DNA of 64,000 nt from Candidatus Magasanikbacteria bacterium RIFOXYD1_FULL_40_23 (GTDB taxonomy: Bacteria; Patescibacteriota; Patescibacteriia; Magasanikbacterales; GWA2-37-8), in assembly GCA_001783215.1 (NCBI GenBank), contig MFRA01000008.1, forward strand, positions 33,312 through 97,311. The letters run 5' to 3'. The notes beneath the pieces were generated by a model. The model made no database searches. It was not told where the DNA came from and was given only the letters and a program-made list of their open reading frames with translations. Below, piece after piece: positions 48,313 through 56,885 of the stretch (its first letter is position 1; the number at the start of each line of letters is the position of its first letter). The position numbers were made by a program, and so were the translations under genes.

Positions 48313-49695
48313 ATGCCAGACAGTAATGACAAAATGGATAAGATTATTTCCCTAGCCAAAAGGCGTGGTTTTGTGTTTCCAGGCAGCGAAATTTATGGTG
48401 GTTTAGCCAATAGTTGGGACTACGGACCACTCGGACATATGCTCAAACAAAACATCAAAGCCGCTTGGTGGAAATTTTTTGTGCAAGAAAGAGCCGATAT
48501 GGTGCCGCTAGATACTGCTATTATTATGAACCCAAAGGTTTGGGAAGCATCCGGCCATTTGCAAAACTTTAGTGACGAGCTGGTAGAATGTAAAAAATGC
48601 CACCACCGTTTCCGCAGTGACCATTTGCTAGAAGCTGCTAGCGCTAAGCCAGGATACGACAAAGAAAATCCAAAAACTATTTCCGAAGTTAAATGCCCAG
48701 ACTGCGAAGGTCCGCTTACAGATCCGAAAGCGTTTAACTTAATGTTCAAAACTTTTCTTGGTGTAAACGAAGATACTTCCACCACTGCATATTTGCGCCC
48801 AGAGACTGCTGCCGGCATGTTTGTAAACTTCAAAAATATTTTAAATGTTACTCGTCGCCGTTTGCCATTTGGTTTGGCGCAAATCGGCAAGAATTTCCGC
48901 AACGAAATTACTCCAGGTAATTTTATTTTCCGCACTCGCGAATTTGAAATAGGTGAATTTGAATATTTTATTAATCCAAAAGATTGGGAAAAAGTATTTG
49001 AAATGTGGTTGGGAGAAATCAAGCGCTGGTGGCAAGATGTTATGCAAGTAAATATGGATAACCTTGTCTGGCATGAAATCCCAGATGGTGAACGTGCCCA
49101 CTACAGCAAGCGCACCGTAGACATAGAATACAAATTTCCGTTTGGTGTGAAAGAATTACACGGTATTGCTTATCGCACAGATTTTGATTTGAGCAGACAT
49201 GAAACTGTAAGTGGTCAAGATTTGCATTATACCGACCAAGAAACAAATGAAAAGTTTATCCCTCATGTTATAGAGCCAACCTTTGGTATAGATCGCATGT
49301 TGCTTGTATTGTTGCTCGAATCTTATCACGAAGAAGAGGCTCCAACTTCTACAGAAGGTGAAACTGAAGCACGCATAGTAATGAAATTTCCAAAACACTT
49401 AGCTCCAGTTCAGGTTGCAGTATTGCCATTATCCAAAAAAGAAGAGCTTTCTAGCGTGGCCAAAGATTTGGCTGCCGATTTGCGTAAAGATTTTGCTGTA
49501 GAGTACGACGAAACCCAAAGCATTGGTAAACGTTATCGTCGCCAAGATGAAATCGGCACACCATATTGCGTTACTTTGGACTTTGATTCTTTGGAAGACA
49601 AAAAAGTAACTGTAAGAGACAGAGATACAATGGTTCAAGAAAGAATAAATATCACAGACCTAAAAAATTACCTCAAAGAAAAATTTGGCCGATAA
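48313..49695 (+). CDS. glyQS: glycine--tRNA ligase (dimeric class II type)
   Basis: Class II motifs and GlyRS-like N-terminus. Confidence 0.9.
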   Translation: MPDSNDKMDKIISLAKRRGFVFPGSEIYGGLANSWDYGPLGHMLKQNIKAAWWKFFVQERADMVPLDTAIIMNPKVWEASGHLQNFSDELVECKKCHHRFRSDHLLEAASAKPGYDKENPKTISEVKCPDCEGPLTDPKAFNLMFKTFLGVNEDTSTTAYLRPETAAGMFVNFKNILNVTRRRLPFGLAQIGKNFRNEITPGNFIFRTREFEIGEFEYFINPKDWEKVFEMWLGEIKRWWQDVMQVNMDNLVWHEIPDGERAHYSKRTVDIEYKFPFGVKELHGIAYRTDFDLSRHETVSGQDLHYTDQETNEKFIPHVIEPTFGIDRMLLVLLLESYHEEEAPTSTEGETEARIVMKFPKHLAPVQVAVLPLSKKEELSSVAKDLAADLRKDFAVEYDETQSIGKRYRRQDEIGTPYCVTLDFDSLEDKKVTVRDRDTMVQERINITDLKNYLKEKFGR

Positions 49696-49719
49696 TTCAT
49701 CGTTATTGCTTGTCTGTAT

Positions 49720-51003
49720 ATGTACAAAATTTCCAAACTAAAAAATGGTATTACTCTTATGAAAGTGCCGGTAAAAGGCACCAAGGCCCTTACGATTATG
49801 GCCATGTTTCCGGTTGGTTCACGCTATGAAATAAAAAGAATGTCTGGCTCTTCACACTTTGTAGAGCATATGATGTTTAAGGGTACCAAGAAACGCCCAA
49901 CTCATTTGGAAATTTCTCGCGAGCTCGATGCTTTTGGCGCAGAGTACAATGCATTTACCTCCAAAGATTATACCGGTTATTATATAAAAACTGGTGAAGT
50001 AAATATGGACAAGGCCTTTGATTGGTTGGCCGACATAATTTTTAATTCCAAATTTGAAGCCGAAGAGGTGGAAAAAGAAAAAGGTGTAATCGTAGAAGAA
50101 GTCCGCATGTACGAAGATAATCCAATAATGGCTGTAGAAAACCTATCCGAAAGAGCTATGTTTGGCGATGGTCATCCGTTGGGTTGGGATGTGGGCGGCA
50201 CTCCAGAGAGTGTTCGTGGCGTAAGTAGAGAAGATTTGTGGAAATATTATAAAGATTATTATTTTCCTGGCAATATGGTGCTAGTAGTAGCTGGCAACAT
50301 AAACGAAAAGAAATTAAAAAAATCTTTAAATTATTTTAATGTTCCAGCTGTAAAAGGCGAAAAAGGATTAAAAGATAAATTTGAAAAATTTGTTTGGGAT
50401 AAAAAAGTTTTACCAATGAAGGATAGACTGCTTGTTTCTGAAAGAAAAATAGATCAAACCCAAGTTGTAATTGGTTTCCCCGGTCTTCATTCCAACGATA
50501 AAGACAAATATGCTCTTTCTGTACTCCTAAATATTTTGGGAGGCGGCATGAGTTCCAGATTGTTTGTAGAGGTTCGTGAAAAGCGAGGCTTGGCATATAT
50601 GGTCCGTACAGATGCCGGCTCATTTAGAGATGTGGGTGTGGCCAGTGTGCAAGCCGGTTTGGATTCTGCCAGATTAGGCGATGCATTCAAAGTAATAAAA
50701 AGCGAACTCCAAAAAATCCAAAAAGAAACAGTTTCTGCCAAAGAATTAGCAGATTCTAAAAATAACATTGCCGGACGCACCGAATTGGCTATGGAAAATT
50801 CTAGCGCTCAGGCACAGTGGTTTGCCAAGCAATTTTTATTTGCCGACAAAATCCAAACATACGAACAAATAACCAAAAAGATAAAAGCAGTCACAGCGGC
50901 AGATGTAAAAAAAGTAGCAAATAGAATATTTGATTTTAATCAAGCCAGAATAGCGGTTATCGGTCCAATTAGCAAAGAAAAAGTTTTAGGTTTGTTAAAC
51001 TGA
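49720..51003 (+). CDS. M16 family zinc peptidase (insulinase-like)
   Basis: HFVEHMMFKGT inverted zinc motif. Confidence 0.8.
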   Translation: MYKISKLKNGITLMKVPVKGTKALTIMAMFPVGSRYEIKRMSGSSHFVEHMMFKGTKKRPTHLEISRELDAFGAEYNAFTSKDYTGYYIKTGEVNMDKAFDWLADIIFNSKFEAEEVEKEKGVIVEEVRMYEDNPIMAVENLSERAMFGDGHPLGWDVGGTPESVRGVSREDLWKYYKDYYFPGNMVLVVAGNINEKKLKKSLNYFNVPAVKGEKGLKDKFEKFVWDKKVLPMKDRLLVSERKIDQTQVVIGFPGLHSNDKDKYALSVLLNILGGGMSSRLFVEVREKRGLAYMVRTDAGSFRDVGVASVQAGLDSARLGDAFKVIKSELQKIQKETVSAKELADSKNNIAGRTELAMENSSAQAQWFAKQFLFADKIQTYEQITKKIKAVTAADVKKVANRIFDFNQARIAVIGPISKEKVLGLLN

Positions 51004-51062
51004 CAGTTATTTCAATAACTGTCATCCTGAGATTTTAAATCGAAGGATCCCTCTTAAATTGT

Positions 51063-51809
51063 ATGAACAAAAAATACGTATTTGCCAACTGGAAAATGTA
51101 TTTGGATAATGACGAAAGCTTATCTTTGGCTGCAGAGTTTGCAAACGAGTTCAAAAATTTACCAGAAAATATAAAAATGGCTGTATTTCCAAGCGCATTG
51201 TCTTTTTTGTCTGTAATTAAGCCTTTACAAGACGCTCAGATAAGCGTTGGCGCCCAAAACGTTCATTGGGTAGAAAAAGGCGGCTATACCGGCGAAGTGT
51301 CGGCCCATATGTACAAATCAGCTGGTGCCGAATATGTTTTGGTTGGTCACTCAGAAAGACGCCACTTGTTTCATGAAACAAATCATCAAGTGCGCGAAAA
51401 AGTAGAAGCTATTTTGTCTGTAGGATTAACTCCGGTAGTTTGCGTAGGAGAAACTGGCAAAGAAAGGGAAGAAAACAAAGCCGAAGAAGTAATAGAAATT
51501 CAGATTAAATCTGCATATCACAATATCGTTTGGCCAGAAGGTAGAGATATTTTTGTTGCCTACGAACCTGTTTGGGCTGTGGGAACTGGCACTCCGTGCG
51601 ATCCGGTAGAAGCCGAGCGTATGCATAACTTAATAAAAAAACAAGTTGTAGCCCTTACAGGAATTACACCGGTAATTTTATACGGAGGAAGCGTGCGCCC
51701 AGATAATGCGCAAAAATATTTAAATAATCCAGACATCAACGGCGTGTTGGTGGGCGGAGCATCGGCAAATTTTCAACACTGGAAAGAAATAGTAGAGTCT
51801 ATTGAATAG
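51063..51809 (+). CDS. tpiA: triosephosphate isomerase
   Basis: VGHSERR and AYEPVWAVGTG motifs. Confidence 0.9.
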   Translation: MNKKYVFANWKMYLDNDESLSLAAEFANEFKNLPENIKMAVFPSALSFLSVIKPLQDAQISVGAQNVHWVEKGGYTGEVSAHMYKSAGAEYVLVGHSERRHLFHETNHQVREKVEAILSVGLTPVVCVGETGKEREENKAEEVIEIQIKSAYHNIVWPEGRDIFVAYEPVWAVGTGTPCDPVEAERMHNLIKKQVVALTGITPVILYGGSVRPDNAQKYLNNPDINGVLVGGASANFQHWKEIVESIE

Positions 51810-52722
51810 CTATATGCTGACAGCAATTTTCTTAATCATTACTATAGGTTCTTTGGGGGTAGTTCTGTTTGTTGTTATCCACAAATTTCCTCAGTTAGCA
51901 AATTTGGATATCAAAAATTTGCAAGAAGAGAAAATTTTTCAGAAGAAAAAAGAAATTATAAACAAGCGCATAGAAGAAAATAGTAATTTACTCAAAAAAA
52001 GAATTGTTGGCGCTCTTACTCCACTGCGAAAAATATGGGGCAAACTGCAGCTTCAATTTAGAATTTATGTAGGCAAGATAGAAAGACTTTTGCACCACGA
52101 GCAAGTTTTGAAAATAAAACAAAAAAATGAAGTGGTTAGTCGAGAAGATGTAGAAGAGAAGTTAACGCAATTAATAAGTGACGGTGAACAAGCTCTAAAG
52201 TCTGGTAATTTTGATCAAGCAGAAGAAAGGTTTATTACCGCCATAAAAAACGACTCCAAATCCACCAGCGCTTACAGGGGTTTGGGAGATACATATTTAG
52301 CCAAAAATTCTATAGAAGAAGCCAGGCAGACTTATCAGTTCCTTATAAAAATGGAACCGGATGATGATAGCGTATTGGTAAAGTTGGCCGAGATAGCCGA
52401 AAGCCAGGGCGACCTAGAAGAGGCGATACAGTATTATCAACAGGCGGTTTTGGTTAACGATTCGTTTTCCCCCCGTTTTTATCACCTGGCCGAGCTGCTT
52501 CTAAAGGTGGCCCAGCCCCAGGTAGCCAAGGAAGCCATACTACAAGCTGTAGAGTTAGAACCACAAAATCCAAAGTACCTTGACTTCTTAATAGAAATTG
52601 CTATAATATGCGGCGACAAGACATTGGCTATAAAAGCTTATGGCGATTTAAGATTAGTCAATCCAGAGAACCAAAAATTGCATAGTTTAAAAGATAGAAT
52701 ATACAAAATAGGTATAGCGTAA
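51802..52722 (+). CDS. TPR-repeat protein with N-terminal membrane anchor
   Basis: TM helix then TPR-like repeats. Confidence 0.6.
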   Translation: MNSYMLTAIFLIITIGSLGVVLFVVIHKFPQLANLDIKNLQEEKIFQKKKEIINKRIEENSNLLKKRIVGALTPLRKIWGKLQLQFRIYVGKIERLLHHEQVLKIKQKNEVVSREDVEEKLTQLISDGEQALKSGNFDQAEERFITAIKNDSKSTSAYRGLGDTYLAKNSIEEARQTYQFLIKMEPDDDSVLVKLAEIAESQGDLEEAIQYYQQAVLVNDSFSPRFYHLAELLLKVAQPQVAKEAILQAVELEPQNPKYLDFLIEIAIICGDKTLAIKAYGDLRLVNPENQKLHSLKDRIYKIGIA

Positions 52723-52747
52723 ACCACACGTTAGCCTAGTAAATAGT

Positions 52748-52820
52748 GCCGTCTTAGCTCAGCTGGTAGAGCAACAGTTTTGTAAACTGTAGGTCCAGGG
52801 TTCGAACCCCTGAGACGGCT
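52748..52820 (+). tRNA. tRNA-Thr(UGU)
   Basis: Cloverleaf folded by hand: acceptor gccgtct/agacggc, anticodon loop ttTGTaa, T-loop ttcgaac. Confidence 0.85.
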
Positions 52821-52875
52821 CAGGAGAAAATTTTAGTAGAGTCGAACCCATCAAACGTCTCCAGATTGGTTCAAC

Positions 52876-52957
52876 GGGTGGATTCCCGAGCGGTCAAAGG
52901 GGGCAGACTGTAAATCTGCTGGCTCCGCCTTCGTAGGTTCGATTCCTACTCCACCCA
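52876..52957 (+). tRNA. tRNA-Tyr(GUA)
   Basis: Acceptor gggtgga/tccaccc, anticodon loop ctGTAaa, long variable arm; close to E. coli tRNA-Tyr. Confidence 0.85.
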
Positions 52958-53031
52958 CCGGTTATTTGACAACCACATTACCTGTATGGAAGAGCTTTAC
53001 TAGTAGTATATTTATATGTTAGTATATAAAT

Positions 53032-53640
53032 ATGATTACTTCTATCCCATCAAAGAAAATATTAGTAAAACTTTATTTAGGGCAAAAGAAATCGGCTCAG
53101 GATATTGCTGATATTTTTAAATGCTCTCTAAATAAGATTTGGTACTGGATGGGGAAGTATAAAATAAAATCAAGAACAATTAGCGAGGCAATTTATAGAC
53201 AGAAAAATCCAAAAGGAGATCCGTTCAAAATAAAATATCCAAGTACACTGAAAGAAGCCATGTTATTCGGTTTTGGTTTGGGCTTATATTGGGGCGAGGG
53301 AACAAAAGCCAATAAATATGCGGTAAGACTGGGAAATACTGATTATAGATTAATAAAAAAATTTATTAAGTTTTTAATAAAAGTATTCACCATTAAAAAG
53401 AAAGATCTGAAATTTAGTTTACAGCTATTTACCGATATTAATCCAAAAACAGCACTTAACTTTTGGGTGAATAGTCTGAACGTGACTAGGGATCAATTTT
53501 ATAAGAGTACCATTACGAAGTCAGTCAGAAAAGGAACATATGGAAAGAAAAGTGAATATGGAGTTTTAACAGTTTATTATCATAATAAGAAAATGAGAGA
53601 TGTATTAGTAAGTCTTTTGGATAAAGAAAAAAGTAAGTAA
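53032..53640 (+). CDS. LAGLIDADG-family homing-endonuclease-like protein with N-terminal HTH
   Basis: Single MLFGFGLGLYWGEGT motif (LAGLIDADG variant with GEG) followed by KFIKFL helix; stop codon abuts intron-containing tRNA. Confidence 0.5.
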   Translation: MITSIPSKKILVKLYLGQKKSAQDIADIFKCSLNKIWYWMGKYKIKSRTISEAIYRQKNPKGDPFKIKYPSTLKEAMLFGFGLGLYWGEGTKANKYAVRLGNTDYRLIKKFIKFLIKVFTIKKKDLKFSLQLFTDINPKTALNFWVNSLNVTRDQFYKSTITKSVRKGTYGKKSEYGVLTVYYHNKKMRDVLVSLLDKEKSK

Positions 53641-53901
53641 TGCCGTTGTAGCTCAGATGGTAGAGCATTTCCATGGTGGGTCGCCAATGACTCCTGCCCA
53701 TTGTGAGGGAAATCTTGCAATGTTACCCGAATTACGGTTAATAGCCATTACAATGGCCAAGACCGTGGCGTGAGTACGCCCGAACGACTGACAAGGGGAG
53801 CTAAGCTCGAAAGAGTATGCTCAAGATACAGTCTAGCCCTCTAATTAAAAGTAGAGGTGTAAGCGAAGGAAAAGGTCTCGGGTTCAATTCCCGACAACGG
53901 C
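53641..53901 (+). tRNA. tRNA-Thr(GGU) interrupted by about 188-nt intron between positions 36 and 37
   Basis: Exon 1 gccgttgtagctcagatggtagagcatttccatggt; exon 2 aaggaaaaggtctcgggttcaattcccgacaacggct; stems pair canonically once 53677-53864 is removed. Confidence 0.7.
53677..53864 (+). ncRNA. small group I intron in tRNA-Thr anticodon loop
   Basis: 5' exon ends in U; P1 can form between exon catggt and intron gccaatg; R-like element gaACGACUgAcAAGg, S-like element AAGAUAcAGUCu, terminal G before 3' exon. Confidence 0.6.
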
Positions 53902-54054
53902 TCAAGCTCTGAACTATGATATAAGGAACATTTTTCGTGAGCGTTAATATAAAAATAAGCGCTGTACCAGCGCTTGAAATTACGTCGTTCGTCCTAGATG
54001 AAGGCAAGTCTTCGCCTAGGAACTTACTAGAAATTATAAATTAAAATAAAAAAT

Positions 54055-54210
54055 ATGTCGCAAGATAACATGGCGAAAATGGAGTGCCAGGAATGTAAGC
54101 GCACAAACTACTTTCCAAACAGAAACAACAAAACTCTAAAAAACCGTTTAGAGTTATCCAAACATTGTAAGTTCTGCGGTAAGCACACTCCTCACAAACA
54201 AACTAAGTAA
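54055..54210 (+). CDS. rpmG: 50S ribosomal protein L33 (Zn-ribbon variant), missed by ORF track
   Basis: Hand translation MSQDNMAKMECQECKRTNYFPNRNNKTLKNRLELSKHCKFCGKHTPHKQTK; L33 pattern C..C..NY...N.KN.P.RLEL.K.C..C..HT.H.E.K. Confidence 0.6.
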   Translation: MSQDNMAKMECQECKRTNYFPNRNNKTLKNRLELSKHCKFCGKHTPHKQTK

Positions 54211-54220
54211 AACAAAAAAA

Positions 54221-54256
54221 CAAGCCCCGCTCTGAAATTTCTCCGGGCGGGGTTTG
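54221..54256 (+). terminator. rho-independent terminator after rpmG
   Basis: caagccccgc...gggcggggtttg hairpin. Confidence 0.6.
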
Positions 54257-54337
54257 TTCAATAAGCGAAGCTTGAAATTACTTTAGGCTTCACAAATAAT
54301 ATGCTAACATATTATTTGATTCAGCCTTAGTAATTAT

Positions 54338-54408
54338 AGGCCTGTAGTTTCAATGGTAAAACATCGGTCTCCAAAACCGAGGTTCTCGGTTCGAATCCGA
54401 GCGGGCCT
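54338..54408 (+). tRNA. tRNA-Trp(CCA)
   Basis: Acceptor aggcctg/cgggcct, anticodon loop ctCCAaa, T-loop ttcgaat. Confidence 0.85.
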
Positions 54409-55837
54409 GCACAGACCGAAATAGGGCGATTTCCGGTACAATTCGGTAGCCCCCTTTCGCTAAACAATCAAATTTTTTGCCTTTCACCGTAAAGTTCGAG
54501 CCTATTTTTTTAAGAAATGTTCGAATTTGGAGAAAATCGCCGTCCGCGGCGATTTTTTTGGCTTGGCAACTGGATAAAATGAATTCCCTCATCGGTTCGA
54601 GCCAATCGTTGCCCTTGTTCTTAACTTCCTTAATTTTGGCTTCCAGATCAAGTTTGTCGTTGAGGAGTTTTTCTTTTTTGTTTATGTATTCTGGTTTATC
54701 AATAATGCCATCCAAATGAGAATCAAGGAGTTTATCTAGCTTTGTCTTAATAGGCATTATTTGTCCTTCTACGGCCTGAACAAGGGCGTCGGACGACTGG
54801 ATTGCGGATGCTTGCTCCTCGTTGAGTTTAGCAAGCAATTTTTCGGTCCAGTCGTCTGACAAAGAAACTTTTTGCAGAGTATCTTTAAACTGGCTCACCA
54901 ATTCTTCTTCGCGGATATATTTTTCATCACAGTTAGTTCGCTTTTTAGTACAGCGGTAATAAATATGTCCTTTGTGCTTTTCGGCGGTAATGGCTCGTCC
55001 GCAAGATCCACAGCTCATTAGGCCGGTAAAAATATATCCGTGGCTGCTTTTTTTTCGGCGCTTGCCCCGCAAGAGCATTACCGCTTGCGCATCGTCAAAA
55101 AGTTTCTTGGTGATTATCGGTTTATGCGTACCCTGGTGTAGTTCGTCGTTAAAACGAAACACGCCAGTGTAAAAAGGATTTTTGAGAATATGCTGCATGT
55201 CGCCCGGCATCATTATTTTGTTTGTCTTAGTGCGAATATCAAATTTTTGTATTAGTTGTTCAAAAGTATATTCGCCGGTCGCATACAATTCAAAAATCCT
55301 TTTTACAAGTTTATGCTTTTCGGGGTCGGGGAGTATGGTATGGTGGCGCAGGTCGTTATTATATCCAAATGGGGCTTTTCCCGGCCAAATTCCTTTGCGG
55401 AGTTTTTGTCTTATTCCACGCTTTACATTTTCGCTTAGGTTATCTACATAATATTTGCTTTGGCCGAAAGAAATATTAAGCATAAACTTTCCTTGCGGTG
55501 TGTTGTCAAACCAAAACGTTGGAAATTTGAGGGAATTTATTTTACCAGTGTCCAACATGTAAATAACCCGACCGCCATCCACACTGTTGCGGGCTAGGCG
55601 GTCGGGATGCCAAGCCAAAATGCCGTCGGCCTCGCCGGCATCAATTCGCGATAACATTTCGCCGAACAAAGTTCGGCCAGGTTGTTTGGCAGTTTTTGCC
55701 TCGCAAAGCGAGGCGACGATTTCAAGTTTTTCTTTGACGGCAAATTCTTTTAACTCGTCGATTTGAGCGTCGATTGACATTACTTGACGCTCTTCCGATT
55801 CGCTAGACTTGCGAGCGTATAAAAAATATTTGGCCAT
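54350..55837 (-). CDS. large serine recombinase (resolvase domain + recombinase domain + zinc ribbon + coiled coil)
   Basis: YARKSS catalytic Ser region, CGSCG...C..C zinc ribbon, long coiled coil; last about 35 codons are encoded by inverted repeat A and the frame runs antisense through tRNA-Trp, so true stop uncertain. Confidence 0.8.
   Translation of the reverse strand: MAKYFLYARKSSESEERQVMSIDAQIDELKEFAVKEKLEIVASLCEAKTAKQPGRTLFGEMLSRIDAGEADGILAWHPDRLARNSVDGGRVIYMLDTGKINSLKFPTFWFDNTPQGKFMLNISFGQSKYYVDNLSENVKRGIRQKLRKGIWPGKAPFGYNNDLRHHTILPDPEKHKLVKRIFELYATGEYTFEQLIQKFDIRTKTNKIMMPGDMQHILKNPFYTGVFRFNDELHQGTHKPIITKKLFDDAQAVMLLRGKRRKKSSHGYIFTGLMSCGSCGRAITAEKHKGHIYYRCTKKRTNCDEKYIREEELVSQFKDTLQKVSLSDDWTEKLLAKLNEEQASAIQSSDALVQAVEGQIMPIKTKLDKLLDSHLDGIIDKPEYINKKEKLLNDKLDLEAKIKEVKNKGNDWLEPMREFILSSCQAKKIAADGDFLQIRTFLKKIGSNFTVKGKKFDCLAKGGYRIVPEIALFRSVQARSDSNREPRFWRPMFYH
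54406..54510. repeat. inverted-repeat A (blocks X 54406-54480 and Y 54481-54510), starts at 3' end of tRNA-Trp
   Basis: Exact reverse complements found at 55892-55966 (X') and 56094-56120 (Y'). Confidence 0.85.
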
Positions 55838-55891
55838 ACAATTTTATTTATTATAGAAAAGTTTGCTTTTGGTGTCCGCCGAGCGGACAAA

Positions 55892-55966
55892 GGCAAAAAA
55901 TTTGATTGTTTAGCGAAAGGGGGCTACCGAATTGTACCGGAAATCGCCCTATTTCGGTCTGTGCAG
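55892..55966. repeat. X' = reverse complement of block X
   Basis: ggcaaaaaatttgattgtttagcgaaagggggctaccgaattgtaccggaaatcgccctatttcggtctgtgcag. Confidence 0.85.
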
Positions 55967-56070
55967 CGGGGATACGAAAAATTACGAGGGGAATTTATGG
56001 GGGCCCAATAACGGGACGGGCGGAAGGAGGGGTTGGGGGAGGAATTCCGCCCGCCCACCGGCGCGCTTTT
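55964..56070. repeat. inverted-repeat B, left copy (about 107 bp, G-rich, GC-rich)
   Basis: Reverse complement present at 59826-59933 with about one mismatch; many G3-G5 runs. Confidence 0.85.
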
Positions 56071-56093
56071 TAAAAACTGCCAAACAACCTGTT

Positions 56094-56120
56094 AAAAAAA
56101 TAGGCTCGAACTTTACGGTG
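56094..56120. repeat. Y' = reverse complement of block Y (duplicate of recombinase codons KKIGSNFTV)
   Basis: aaaaaaataggctcgaactttacggtg; flanked with X'-B1 by a 12-bp inverted repeat gtttgcttttgg (55861) / ccaaaagcaaac (56122). Confidence 0.8.
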
Positions 56121-56248
56121 GCCAAAAGCAAACTTTTTTTATTATACCATATTAATAATTATCTTAGGTGGACAACTTATCTCTAAATATACTTGTAATC
56201 AAAGGGATAGTATGGTAAAATGTCCCTATCATAACTAATAAAAATATT

Positions 56249-56464
56249 ATGGAAGATCTTAAAATATTAAAAAACATTGATAAAAAACTATCAGCTTTAT
56301 TAGCACTTTCCATAGCTTCATGGTTCGGAAGCGCCGACGAAAAATTGAAGACTAAGCCGGAGACAATCCTTTCAACTGTTGGGATTGAAACAAGCGAAAT
56401 AGCTCTGATTTTAGGAAAAAAACTTGACGCTGTTAGAAAATCTATTCAAAGATCTAAAAAATAA
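56249..56464 (+). CDS. mini-HTH protein, paralogue 1 of 4
   Basis: 71 aa; KKLSALLALS...G....IALILG pattern shared with 56467, 56672, 57805 genes; TTGTAA-17-TAAAAT promoter upstream. Confidence 0.55.
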   Translation: MEDLKILKNIDKKLSALLALSIASWFGSADEKLKTKPETILSTVGIETSEIALILGKKLDAVRKSIQRSKK

Positions 56465-56466
56465 AT

Positions 56467-56670
56467 ATGGATAAAGAATTATTACAAACACAAAAAGAAA
56501 TCGTAATGTTATTAGCTATTTTGGTTAGACGGGGAGTTATGCAATCTAGTATCATTGCTGAAATGGATGCGGTGGGACTATCTCCGAAAAGGATTGCTGA
56601 ACTTTTGGGTACCAGCTCTAACACAGTAAGTGTCGCGCTTTCAAACGCACGTAAGAAAAAAAATAAATAA
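56467..56670 (+). CDS. mini-HTH protein, paralogue 2 (clearest HTH: LSPKRIAELLGTSSNTVSVALSNARKK)
   Basis: 67 aa; sigma-r4/resolvase-like HTH. Confidence 0.6.
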   Translation: MDKELLQTQKEIVMLLAILVRRGVMQSSIIAEMDAVGLSPKRIAELLGTSSNTVSVALSNARKKKNK

Positions 56671-56671
56671 T

Positions 56672-56863
56672 ATGTCAGGAAAAAAGCTAGAAGAAAAAAT
56701 GGATAATTTAGAAGCGATAAAACGTCTATTAGTTTTGTTATTAATCAAGCAGGGGGTTGGAATAGACGCGGTAGCCGATGTTTTAGAGGTAGGAGTAGCA
56801 ACGGTTAGCAGGATGGTGCCGCAAAAAAAGTTAAAAAAAGGGAATAAAATTACTATAGACTAA
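56672..56863 (+). CDS. mini-HTH protein, paralogue 3
   Basis: Start at ATG 56672 one nt after stop of previous gene; ORF-track 56630 start overlaps upstream gene. Confidence 0.5.
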   Translation: MSGKKLEEKMDNLEAIKRLLVLLLIKQGVGIDAVADVLEVGVATVSRMVPQKKLKKGNKITID

Positions 56864-56885
56864 GAATGGTTTTGAACAATTTTTT

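Noticed and set aside
53966-54285. 12-nt direct repeat gcttgaaattac on both sides of rpmG
   Set aside because: Too short and AT-rich to distinguish from chance; no other supporting feature.
55932-56186. ORF 55932..56186 (+) and ORF 59754..60371 (-) sharing the peptide GDTKNYEGNLWGPNNGTGGRRGWGRNSARPP
   Set aside because: The shared peptide only reflects translation through the two copies of inverted repeat B, so these are not a gene family. 59754..60371 is also antisense to the 60027 cassette.
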